From the IMG/VR virus record IMGVR_UViG_3300026875_000002: DNA of 64,000 nucleotides. One strand, written 5' to 3'. This DNA comes from a virus. A program made the position numbers and the translations under genes. Each line of letters begins with the position of its first letter. The stretch's first letter is position 1. Shown here piece by piece: positions 19,317 to 28,088 of the stretch. The notes beneath the pieces were generated by a model. That model was not told the origin of the DNA. It saw nothing but the letters and a program-made list of their open reading frames with translations, and made no database searches.

Positions 19317-19679
19317 GTGTCCATTAGGAGGCATATTATGTCTTTAAAACAGTGTCGATTAAATATGGAAGCAGATTTGTGGAACAAGTTTTCTGAAGTA
19401 TGTCGAAATGAGAATACGAACTTCTCTGAAAAAGTCAGAGAACTCATCACCAATTATATTAACACGAATACAGAGGAAACCGTGGACCTCAGTGAAGTCT
19501 ACGACCTCATAGATAGGATCGTCCAAAGGAGTGGTCATATCTCTGTAGAATGTATACAAAGAAACACCACCACAGGACAAGAACAAGCAGTACTCAAGTA
19601 CTGCAAACAAAAAAATTACCCAATCGTATCCGAGAAATGGTACGAGGAAGGACGCGCGCACAAATGGGAAAACTGGTAA
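19317..19679 (+). CDS. Ribbon-helix-helix protein (likely start ATG 19338)
   Basis: RLNMEADLWNKFSEVC.....NFSEKVRELI; aggagg SD. Confidence 0.65.
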   Translation: MSIRRHIMSLKQCRLNMEADLWNKFSEVCRNENTNFSEKVRELITNYINTNTEETVDLSEVYDLIDRIVQRSGHISVECIQRNTTTGQEQAVLKYCKQKNYPIVSEKWYEEGRAHKWENW

Positions 19680-19714
19680 CCACAAATTGAATTGAATTAT
19701 AGAAGGGGAGACTC

Positions 19715-20221
19715 ATGAATGAATGGAACGAATTCAAAAAAGAAATAACCACCAACATAAAAAAACTACAAAAAAAATACAACCAGGAGGGCAACACAGA
19801 AATAAACACCCTCCTAAGAAAACTACAAAGACAAAAAAACTACAAAGAAATAAACACACTACGAAGAGAACTATACACACAAATAGACAAACACATTACA
19901 CCCGAAATACACCTAATATGCAGTGTCAACCGTAAAACCAAAGATGGAATAATCTACGAATCAATAAACCCACAAATAATAGAAGACATCACAGACAAAA
20001 AAATCAGAGAACTAATAGAATATCAAAGACAATACTGCCACGATGAACGCTACAACATAGAATTCATCATGGAAAAAGGCATACTAAACAATAGTCAATA
20101 TGGATCATACACAACCATAGAAAAAAGAGACTGTACTCAGTATGTTATGGGATTACTGGAAAACCTAGAATTCCATACAGCATATGAACAATACACCCAG
20201 CAAGGAGTTGCACAAGAATGA
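19715..20221 (+). CDS. Hypothetical early protein
   Basis: 168-aa ORF with ggggag SD. Confidence 0.6.
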   Translation: MNEWNEFKKEITTNIKKLQKKYNQEGNTEINTLLRKLQRQKNYKEINTLRRELYTQIDKHITPEIHLICSVNRKTKDGIIYESINPQIIEDITDKKIRELIEYQRQYCHDERYNIEFIMEKGILNNSQYGSYTTIEKRDCTQYVMGLLENLEFHTAYEQYTQQGVAQE

Positions 20222-20501
20222 AAAACCTAGACAGATGGAGTACTAGTATGAAGTTAGAAGAAAAATTAATCTTTAAAATATTAAGAAAACTAAAATTACT
20301 TGACCAGAGGGATATTAATACATTCTTCAACTAAACTAAAGGGAGAGGTATTATGTATAGTAAATTAGTTGAATTAAATAAAATTCGGACAGCTATACTC
20401 TATGGAGAAGTAAACTATGAATATTACACATACTGGCTACATAAGTATGGTAAATATTATACTAAAAAAGAATTAAAAGAATTAGAAAAATTATACAGGA
20501 A

Positions 20502-20735
20502 GTGGGAATAATGAATACAAAAACAATATACAATGCATTATTACGAAACTATAAAGACTTTTTAGAAGTATATCATGCTATAGAAAAGGAAATAGACAAA
20601 TATGAGAAAAAAGATTCCGATAAATATCATGAGGATATTTATCACCTTAACGCTCAACATTACCTATTAAACCCGTTAAAAAAGGAGTATCAGAAAATAC
20701 TTCAAGAATTCAAGGAAAGCTACGAGGTGGAATAA
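20502..20735 (+). CDS. Small helical hypothetical protein (likely start ATG 20511)
   Basis: Coupled small-ORF array of the early region. Confidence 0.5.
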   Translation: MGIMNTKTIYNALLRNYKDFLEVYHAIEKEIDKYEKKDSDKYHEDIYHLNAQHYLLNPLKKEYQKILQEFKESYEVE

Positions 20736-20833
20736 TGAAGGGGGATGATGCAGTATTCATAGTAGGACTACTTGCCCTGTTCATCTGTCTATATATAGTG
20801 TCAAGGTATCATGCCCTTGCGTTTTGGTGGTGA
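20735..20833 (+). CDS. 32-aa single-pass membrane peptide (not in the ORF track)
   Basis: MKGDDAVFIVGLLALFICLYIVSRYHALAFWW; TAATG coupling and gaggt SD. Confidence 0.5.
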   Translation: MKGDDAVFIVGLLALFICLYIVSRYHALAFWW

Positions 20834-20837
20834 TATT

Positions 20838-21275
20838 ATGATGGATTACAGTGTGTATATACTCGACTATGAGGAGGAAACGGGCAAGATCATACCTAGC
20901 CGGCAGCGTGTGATGCGTTTTCTCAACTTCGTGCAGACAAAGAATGTTCCCATAACAGAGTGGATCAATACATTCTATGAGTATCAGGATTTATTTTTGG
21001 ATAAATTAAGTCCAAAATCAAAAATAGTATACAGAAGTAATATCATTAGATTCATAAAATACACCATGGAACACTTTCACGGAAAGCAGGAAAGTGTTAT
21101 ACAAGCACATGACCACGGGGAAAACACGATATTAAAAAGTGTACTTGAGAAAGAGAAACAAGAGAAACAATCCCTGTCGAAAATTGGTGAAGTTACAAGT
21201 AAACCTATACGAAAAGATGAAAAAAGGAAGAAGAAGCATACTACGAGGATAGTGAATCATTGGAGGTACATATAA
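20838..21275 (+). CDS. Hypothetical protein with integrase SAM-like helix pair
   Basis: LSPKSKIVYRSNIIRFIKY resembles the integrase N-terminal SAM motif; no catalytic domain. Confidence 0.45.
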   Translation: MMDYSVYILDYEEETGKIIPSRQRVMRFLNFVQTKNVPITEWINTFYEYQDLFLDKLSPKSKIVYRSNIIRFIKYTMEHFHGKQESVIQAHDHGENTILKSVLEKEKQEKQSLSKIGEVTSKPIRKDEKRKKKHTTRIVNHWRYI

Positions 21276-21643
21276 TGATAACACACGAAGGATTAATGAA
21301 GATTTATAAACAAGAAATGGGACGAGCAAAATTGGCGGAAGTCCCATCAACATTCTATGAGGACTGCCGAGATATTATACGTAGAACCACTGAGGCCTAT
21401 AAGAAAACATTAAATCCCCTCCAAAGAAGGTTAATCAATAATTACACGAATATCATAGCACAAATACAAACCAGAAGATATGAAAAAATAGTTTATGCTG
21501 CACTAAATGAAAAAACGTTACAATATATGGTAGGAAGTGAAAAAAACCTCTACCATGACATAAAGAAATTTAATGAGAATAAAGAGAATATAACAGAAGG
21601 AGAAGAAAATGATACAAAATTCAACATACACTACAGCAGATAA
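21260..21643 (+). CDS. GINS-like (Gins15/51 A-domain) protein (likely start ATG 21275)
   Basis: LMKIYKQE....KLAEVPSTFYE...II...R.EKI pattern of archaeal GINS. Confidence 0.6.
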   Translation: MEVHIMITHEGLMKIYKQEMGRAKLAEVPSTFYEDCRDIIRRTTEAYKKTLNPLQRRLINNYTNIIAQIQTRRYEKIVYAALNEKTLQYMVGSEKNLYHDIKKFNENKENITEGEENDTKFNIHYSR

Positions 21644-22373
21644 AATACACAATGAATCTCACATATATAAGAAGATTCAAAGAGGAAAAAAGTATTTCCT
21701 CAACTCCAAAGTAAAACAATCTGGAAGAAACAACTTCCAGAAATACAACTACTTTGAACTAGGAGATATAGAACCAATACTCCTAGACTTCTGTGAAAAA
21801 GAAAACATCACTACTCGTTTTAACTTCACGCGTAGTGAAGCACTCCTTATCATACGAGATGAGGAAACAGGGGAAGAAGTATACTATAGTATACCATTAC
21901 CCGTAGTTGAAACAAAAGATCCCAGAAAAGCAATGCAAGAAATTGGGTCTTTACAGACATATGCTATGAGGTACTTGTACCTCCAAGCATTTGAAATAGT
22001 AATAAATGATTCAATTGATGTACAAGATAATACCCATAAACATCCTGAAAAGAATACCACCAATAAAACAAGAAATACTACTCCATTAAAAAGTAGTATT
22101 CCAAAACAACATAATAATATAACAAGAAACGCAAACACAAGTAACAATACCCAGAAAGTAAGAGATGACAATGAAATAAGCAGAACAGAATTAGAATATG
22201 CAATCAAGAACCTCCAAAAAGAACTCAAAAAGGAGGGTTTGACACGTGAACCTGAATTTGTCATAAATCGTGCTGTGCAGAAGTATGGTAAAGATAGTGA
22301 CATGACCCGCGGGATAAGGAAACTCTACAAAAAAGTAGAGAATAATTATGATAAAAAATATGTGACATATTAG
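21609..22373 (+). CDS. erf: ERF-family single-strand annealing protein
   Basis: GRNNFQKYNYFELGDI...QEIGSLQTYAMRYLYLQAFEI. Confidence 0.8.
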   Translation: MIQNSTYTTADKIHNESHIYKKIQRGKKYFLNSKVKQSGRNNFQKYNYFELGDIEPILLDFCEKENITTRFNFTRSEALLIIRDEETGEEVYYSIPLPVVETKDPRKAMQEIGSLQTYAMRYLYLQAFEIVINDSIDVQDNTHKHPEKNTTNKTRNTTPLKSSIPKQHNNITRNANTSNNTQKVRDDNEISRTELEYAIKNLQKELKKEGLTREPEFVINRAVQKYGKDSDMTRGIRKLYKKVENNYDKKYVTY

Positions 22374-22437
22374 GAAAGGGTATTCTAAAAGCGTTACATG
22401 TATTATAGAATAAATAAAGAAGAGTAGGAACCATGGG

Positions 22438-22833
22438 GTGATAATCATGGTACAAACAGTATTCATAATACAAAATAATAAAATAAACGGAGTACAAAAG
22501 ATAGAAGCACCAAAGAAAAAAGTTAAAATAATTTATAAACAAAAAAGATGTCATTACTCTGGATGTAATAACCGTTTTACACCAAGGGCACCACACCAAC
22601 TCTACTGCTCAGATGAGTGTAGGTACTATAGTGATATAGACCATACACTCGAAAGAGTACGGAAATTCCGAAAGAAATATGGAAATGTTCTTCGAGAATT
22701 ACCAGGATATGTGGGTATGTCTCTTGGTACAGGAAAACTTGGAGAACATAGATGTGATAGTATGGAAGAGGAGAAACGGAAGATACAACAAGAGATAAGA
22801 GCACTCGGCCTTACTTCTGTTGTATCTTATTAA
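22438..22833 (+). CDS. Treble-clef zinc-finger protein
   Basis: CHYSGC..RF.P....QLYCSDECR; C-terminal GTGKLGEHR. Confidence 0.65.
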   Translation: MIIMVQTVFIIQNNKINGVQKIEAPKKKVKIIYKQKRCHYSGCNNRFTPRAPHQLYCSDECRYYSDIDHTLERVRKFRKKYGNVLRELPGYVGMSLGTGKLGEHRCDSMEEEKRKIQQEIRALGLTSVVSY

Positions 22834-22913
22834 ACTCTTTTATTTTTATGAGAATATAAAAATACATAATAAAACAATAACTTACTATATGTAAAAATTA
22901 AGGAGGGACTAAC

Positions 22914-23492
22914 ATGATACATATAGAAACAAGAAGTGTGTTATTTGTAAGAGGATATAGTGATGAGTTATTTAAATATCAGTATACTTCAAAAGAAAAA
23001 ATGATTCTAGAAGATGACTCATATATTACACGACGAATAGACTCTACAAATCCTAGTGGAACATGGAATTACTATAATAAAAACAATAAATTCATAAGAA
23101 AAATACCAATAGAGGAATATCCATTTAAAGGAGTAATACCCGAGAATGGAGATGAAGAAGATGATCAATATGGAGTAATATATTTTGCAGATGTAGACAT
23201 AACCCTAAAGGATTTTAAAAAAGAAAAATTAGACATAACCATGCTTAAAAAAGTACAAGAAAAAATAAATAAACAAATTACTCTTTCAAACTTAGAAAAA
23301 GGTTTGAAAATATTCTTCTTAAAAACCATTGAAGAAGGAGAAAAAGGATGGTGCCCTAATGATCGTTGGTTACCTTGTACTATTTGTAGTTTATTTAACG
23401 ATCTTGACAAGACTAATGCAAGGATTAATGATAAATTTTGGGATTATTTAATGAATAATCTTGACACAATCTATGAATTATCTCAATCATGA
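22914..23492 (+). CDS. Hypothetical protein
   Basis: 192-aa ORF with ggaggg SD. Confidence 0.6.
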   Translation: MIHIETRSVLFVRGYSDELFKYQYTSKEKMILEDDSYITRRIDSTNPSGTWNYYNKNNKFIRKIPIEEYPFKGVIPENGDEEDDQYGVIYFADVDITLKDFKKEKLDITMLKKVQEKINKQITLSNLEKGLKIFFLKTIEEGEKGWCPNDRWLPCTICSLFNDLDKTNARINDKFWDYLMNNLDTIYELSQS

Positions 23493-23630
23493 ATGAAAAA
23501 TATATTTTTCTCCCATCCTTCAACAATTTTCTTTTTTTTAAAATCGTTACATGTAGAGTGATGGGAGATAGTTAATCATAATGTATGGTTATCTTAAAAG
23601 CGGTAATAGTATAGAAATAGAAATGAAAAC

Positions 23631-24017
23631 TTGGAATCAAAAATGAAAATATACAACAAACCCGGAAGAGAACACAACACAAACAATGAAGAACCCATGA
23701 AAAAAGGAATAACAAAAGTAGACAATGGATACACAATACGACACACAATCAACGGAAAGACATACTACTATGGATGCTACAAAACACTAGAAGAAGCAAC
23801 AAAGATAAATCATAAACTACTCACAACAGTAAAAGACATAAAACTATACAGCACACAACACACAAAATTACACGGAAAAAAATACAAACAAAAAATAATA
23901 AGAGAATTATGTGGAAAAAAAGAAAACACAAATGTAAATGGTGCGGAAAAACATACTACCGCAGACAAAAAAACACACAATACTGCAGTGAAGAATGCAG
24001 AAAACAAGGAACATTAG
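23631..24017 (+). CDS. AP2-like DNA-binding domain protein
   Basis: GITK...YTIRHTINGKTYYYGCYKTLEEA. Confidence 0.6.
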   Translation: MESKMKIYNKPGREHNTNNEEPMKKGITKVDNGYTIRHTINGKTYYYGCYKTLEEATKINHKLLTTVKDIKLYSTQHTKLHGKKYKQKIIRELCGKKENTNVNGAEKHTTADKKTHNTAVKNAENKEH

Positions 24018-24172
24018 AAAAAAACCGAAAACGTGTAGAAAAATACAGAAAAAAATATCCACAACAACAAGTAGGAACAAGCAACATAAGCCAACACAGA
24101 AACAAGGAAAATGATAATAACAAAGAACAAAACATCATAGAAAAAGAGAAAAGAAGAATTCATATCAAATAA
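23909..24172 (+). CDS. Treble-clef zinc-finger protein (paralogue of 22438)
   Basis: CKWCGK.Y......QYCSEECR; GTSNISQHR. Confidence 0.65.
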   Translation: MWKKRKHKCKWCGKTYYRRQKNTQYCSEECRKQGTLEKNRKRVEKYRKKYPQQQVGTSNISQHRNKENDNNKEQNIIEKEKRRIHIK

Positions 24173-24191
24173 AATTACTACACTTTATACA

Positions 24192-24266
24192 TGTGTATGG
24201 AAGTATATGCATATAATGACTAACCAATTAATGGTTTGGTGGTTTGAATCCACCCCTACACAACCA
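24192..24266 (+). ncRNA. tRNA-like element (degenerate cloverleaf ending ACCA)
   Basis: Acceptor tgtgtatg/cctacaca (7 of 8 pairs), T-arm ggtgg-TTTGAAT-ccacc, anticodon-like arm aacc-aattaat-ggtt, discriminator A plus CCA. Confidence 0.45.
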
Positions 24267-24389
24267 TTTTATATGAATGATACGTACCAGTACTAATTGG
24301 TTAAAAATGTGTTGTAAAAAAGGCACAGCGTATCCCCTAAGAATAAAACATGATCTTATAAAAAAAAGTAGAATTGGAGGTAATAAAAC

Positions 24390-24596
24390 ATGACAGAAAT
24401 ACCTAAAGCACCAATAACAAGAATAGTAAAAAATGCAGGAGCAGAAAGAATAAGCAAAGAAGCAGAACAAAAAATAGTAGAAGCAGTAGAACAATACACC
24501 AATAAACTAGCATTAGCAGTAATAGACCTAGCAAAACACGCAGACAGAAAAACAATACAAGTAGAAGATGTAGAACTAACACTCAAACACTTCTAA
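24390..24596 (+). CDS. Archaeal histone (HMfA/HMfB family)
   Basis: MTEIPKAPITRIVKNAGAERIS...AKHADRKTI..EDV; ggaggt SD. Confidence 0.95.
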   Translation: MTEIPKAPITRIVKNAGAERISKEAEQKIVEAVEQYTNKLALAVIDLAKHADRKTIQVEDVELTLKHF

Positions 24597-25182
24597 AACC
24601 TCAACTCCTAAATTCACCCCCTCACAAAAAAGTTACTTTTCGTTACATGATACATATGAAGATAATAAAAAATAGTAAATGATATCATGCACGTTGGAGT
24701 AACAGGACACAACAAGATAACAAAAATCTTTTGATGAAAAATGATGGTAACGACAGGATAATATAAAAATAATAATAATAATAATGATTATTTCATTAAA
24801 TTTCTTTGTAAAAAGGAAACAAACTATACAATAGTAAAATTATAATCTAATCAAATAAAAAAAAGTGATATCTACACTAGTAGAAAAGTATGAACTGTAA
24901 ACATAAAGAAAAATTGAAACCGAGTCCTATTTTTCTTTGGATAAAGCTGATGAAGAGTAAATATTATTTTGATTATAAAACAGATTATACCAGACCCCTA
25001 GTTGTAAATATTATTTTCATACGTCTAGTCCTGGTTGATATTTTATATTACAGCAGACGCATAATCCCCCTTAATGGATATATTTCTATTGTATACTAGT
25101 GAATTTATTTAATATTGAATAAATTATACTCATAGTTTAGTATATTAAATTAGTATATTAAAAATAATGTAAAAAAAAAGTT

Positions 25183-25206
25183 GGGGGTTCGATTCCCCCG
25201 TTACCA
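25183..25206 (+). other. tRNA T-arm-like hairpin followed by GTTACCA
   Basis: ggggg-TTCGATT-ccccc is a canonical 5-bp/7-nt T-arm; no cloverleaf directly upstream. Confidence 0.45.
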
Positions 25207-25246
25207 AATAAATCCTTTACGAGATAATTTCAATGAAGATTCAAAA

Positions 25247-25447
25247 ATGACAGAAAAAGAAGTGAAATACAAGAAAATATACGTAAAAGTATGTCCAGAA
25301 TGTAGAAACACGATCTTCAAAAAGGATTACTCCAGAAATGAAGTATACTGTAGTGCTTGTGGACTGGTATTAATAGCTCCTCCCGTATCAGGAATTATAA
25401 CACCAGGATTCAAGATAATTACAATAAAAATACCTATATTAAAATAA
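25247..25447 (+). CDS. Stand-alone TFIIB/TFB zinc-ribbon protein
   Basis: CPEC.......DYSRNEVYCSACGLVL; no cyclin repeats. Confidence 0.8.
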   Translation: MTEKEVKYKKIYVKVCPECRNTIFKKDYSRNEVYCSACGLVLIAPPVSGIITPGFKIITIKIPILK

Positions 25448-25459
25448 AATTTATTAGAT

Positions 25460-25498
25460 GCTCCCATTTAGTTGTGAAAAACTAGGGGGAGCTTATTT
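25460..25498 (+). terminator. GC-clamped hairpin plus T-tract after the TFB-ribbon gene
   Basis: gctccc..tagtt/aacta..gggagc followed by ttatttt. Confidence 0.4.
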
Positions 25499-26305
25499 TC
25501 TGTAACACAAGCAGATTACCATATTTTTTAATTCTCTCTTATTATTAAGAGTCTCCAAAGGGAGTCTGTGGAGAAAGTAAAATGGTTAAAATACGTTGGA
25601 TATATTTTTTTTGAATAGTATTGGGAGAAAAAGAAGAATATTTCATAAAAAAAAATTTAGGGGAAATCATCATGTTTCAAGGAAAAAGTATCCATATCCT
25701 AGCATGGAAGAGATCTATACGTGGAATTAATGAATGAATCAAAATGGTTTTTTTTATAATAAATGTTTTTTTTAAAGTTGTAAATTTTTATCAGAGAAAA
25801 TTATCGTTATATGTTTTTTCATCACCCTGTGAAAAAAAGTAAAAGTAGTCTTTGCTGCAATTATGCTACGTCAGTAATAAATATTTAACAGTATATTATG
25901 TATCCTTGAAAAAAAAGAAAAAGGGAAATCCCCCCATAATTTCCTTATCATTTGTTCCTATAATCTCCCATTTGTATGTTCATTCCACCAGGACATACTC
26001 ACTATTCAAATATATTAGGAAATAACCATTTATTTTTCACCCTCCTTAATTTTATTAAATGATTTTCTACTTGGGAGTTTAAAAGTTACTCCGAAAATCA
26101 AAATACCCTAATCACCCCCCCCCCCAAGGAAGAGTATAACAGGCTGAATCCATATGTACGTGAACCGAAGAACAGGTCAAAGAATCACAGACCACGAAAT
26201 GAATAAGAAACTAAAAAATAATCCCCACTACACACACCCATACTCAAATGAAATCACAATAGAACATGAAACGTGGACCTATATAAAAAGTAGGCTAGAC
26301 TAAAA

Positions 26306-26650
26306 ATGAAATATATTTCAAAGCTAAATAAGAAGTATTGTATTTACAAATGGTGTAATGGGAAAAATGTGTATTTTGGAACATTTAACACACTAAAAGA
26401 AGCCCAGAAATATAGGGATTTCCTAATAAATCATGATTGGGATTTAAAGTATAGGAAAAGAAGTCCACGAAAATATAATCTCCCAAAATATATCTATAAG
26501 AAACCTGGGGAAGACATGTTTATTATCAGGAAAACAGTGGATTATCAGCAAGTACATCTTGGTTATTATAAAACATTACAAGAAGCCATTAAAGAAAAAG
26601 AGTTCTATGAGAGTATCAACTGGGATTTAGACTTACTCGACTTATACTAG
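26306..26650 (+). CDS. Tandem AP2-like DNA-binding protein
   Basis: Two repeats: KYI....Y.I.K..NGK.VYFGTFNTLKEA and KYIY....FIIRK......HLGYYKTLQEA. Confidence 0.7.
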   Translation: MKYISKLNKKYCIYKWCNGKNVYFGTFNTLKEAQKYRDFLINHDWDLKYRKRSPRKYNLPKYIYKKPGEDMFIIRKTVDYQQVHLGYYKTLQEAIKEKEFYESINWDLDLLDLY

Positions 26651-26863
26651 ATTTTAACCCTTATTTTATTGGATTTTATGATTATGTGGGGATATAATAA
26701 ATTATAATTTTTTCAACAAGATCATACAAATACACTTCCCCCCATGTATTATAATATTAAGAGGTAAAAAAAATACAAGGAATATCCACCAAATCCACTT
26801 AAATAAACTATTCACCATTAATTATTAAGAATATCTAATTAATCTAGAGGGAGAACCCCACAA

Positions 26864-27217
26864 ATGAAGAAAAAAATAAAAAATAATCCATACTTAAATG
26901 AAATAACATTCCAAACATTCACAGACACATACAAACGTAAACATGAAAACAATGAATTATACACACAACAATACCATCAACTCACAAAAAAAATAGCACA
27001 ATACCTACAAACCCCCCACCAAAACATAATAATAAACATACCCGACAAAATAATCACAATAAACATAGAACAAGACAGACTCATACTCCTAACACTACAA
27101 AAACTAACAGAACTAACAGAATACCTCGGAGTAGAAGACATCCGCATCTACACCCCAAGTAGAAACACACTCATAATAAATTACAACAATAAAGAAGAAG
27201 AGGAAAAAGACACATGA
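26864..27217 (+). CDS. Hypothetical protein
   Basis: 117-aa ORF with gaggga SD, first of a coupled run. Confidence 0.55.
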   Translation: MKKKIKNNPYLNEITFQTFTDTYKRKHENNELYTQQYHQLTKKIAQYLQTPHQNIIINIPDKIITINIEQDRLILLTLQKLTELTEYLGVEDIRIYTPSRNTLIINYNNKEEEEKDT

Positions 27218-27462
27218 CCACAAATATCAATCTACAATCACTAATAGTAGGAATACTAGGAATATCACTAATAAGTATGATATACCTACACTACGACACA
27301 GAACTAATCCTAGCCCTAATAACAGGACTAGTAGGAGTACTTGTACCAGTCAAAAACACAAATACTATAACAACACAAGAAGCAATAAAACAACTAGAAC
27401 AAGACCCCACAATACAAGTACAAACAGAAGAGATGAACAATGATAAACAAGAATACTCCTAA
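27214..27462 (+). CDS. Holin-like two-TM protein
   Basis: LIVGILGISLISMIYL and LILALITGLVGVLVPV helices. Confidence 0.55.
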   Translation: MTTNINLQSLIVGILGISLISMIYLHYDTELILALITGLVGVLVPVKNTNTITTQEAIKQLEQDPTIQVQTEEMNNDKQEYS

Positions 27463-27799
27463 AACCAAAACAAAAAACATAATGGAGGGAAAAATGCAAA
27501 ACAAGAAAATAGAAGGAAATGAAACAATACAAGACTATCGATTAACCCTCCTAGAAAAACAAATAGCAGAAAACCAGAAAATAATAAACGAAAACCAAAA
27601 ACAACTCATAACAAAACTAGAAAGAATAGAAACACAATTCCAAAAAGACCATGAAAGAATAATACAACACGAAGCACACCTACAACAATTAGACACAAAA
27701 CTAGAAAAATACGATAAATACCTCTTCATGATCATAAGCACAGTCATCGCACAAATATTTGTATTAATAACACAATTAATACCACACATATTCCACTAA
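27440..27799 (+). CDS. Coiled-coil protein with C-terminal TM helix (XhlA-like lysis accessory)
   Basis: Heptad-rich body; YLFMIISTVIAQIFVLI anchor. Confidence 0.55.
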   Translation: MINKNTPKTKTKNIMEGKMQNKKIEGNETIQDYRLTLLEKQIAENQKIINENQKQLITKLERIETQFQKDHERIIQHEAHLQQLDTKLEKYDKYLFMIISTVIAQIFVLITQLIPHIFH

Positions 27800-27826
27800 A
27801 AAAAAGGGGAAGAAGGTGAAAACTAA

Positions 27827-27946
27827 ATGGAATCCATACACATATTCAACATAACCCTCACAATATTAAACATAATAATATGCTTAATATGCATATACAT
27901 ACTCACAAACATGATAAAATACATGAAACCCCACAAAGAAGAATAA
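27827..27946 (+). CDS. 39-aa single-pass membrane peptide (not in the ORF track)
   Basis: MESIHIFNITLTILNIIICLICIYILTNMIKYMKPHKEE; aggtga SD. Confidence 0.5.
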   Translation: MESIHIFNITLTILNIIICLICIYILTNMIKYMKPHKEE

Positions 27947-28088
27947 AAAATAACAAGACATATACTCATAAACCAAAAAAACAACCCAAAAAAATAACAA
28001 GTACCATAATTAAAAAATTTTTTTTTAAACCACGAATTGAATAAAAATGTAACTTTCAAAAAAAAACTGCAAAAGAAGGAAATTCAAG

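Noticed and set aside
24192-24266. Functional ochre-suppressor tRNA
   Set aside because: Lacks U8, U33, the D-loop GG and a variable loop; no gene needing TAA readthrough was found. Kept only as tRNA-like.
24725-24950. C/D-box sRNA (TGATGA motifs)
   Set aside because: No suitably spaced CTGA D box or terminal stem.
24890-25099. 69-aa ORF as a protein gene
   Set aside because: No recognisable motif or clear SD; it lies in a likely non-coding structured region.
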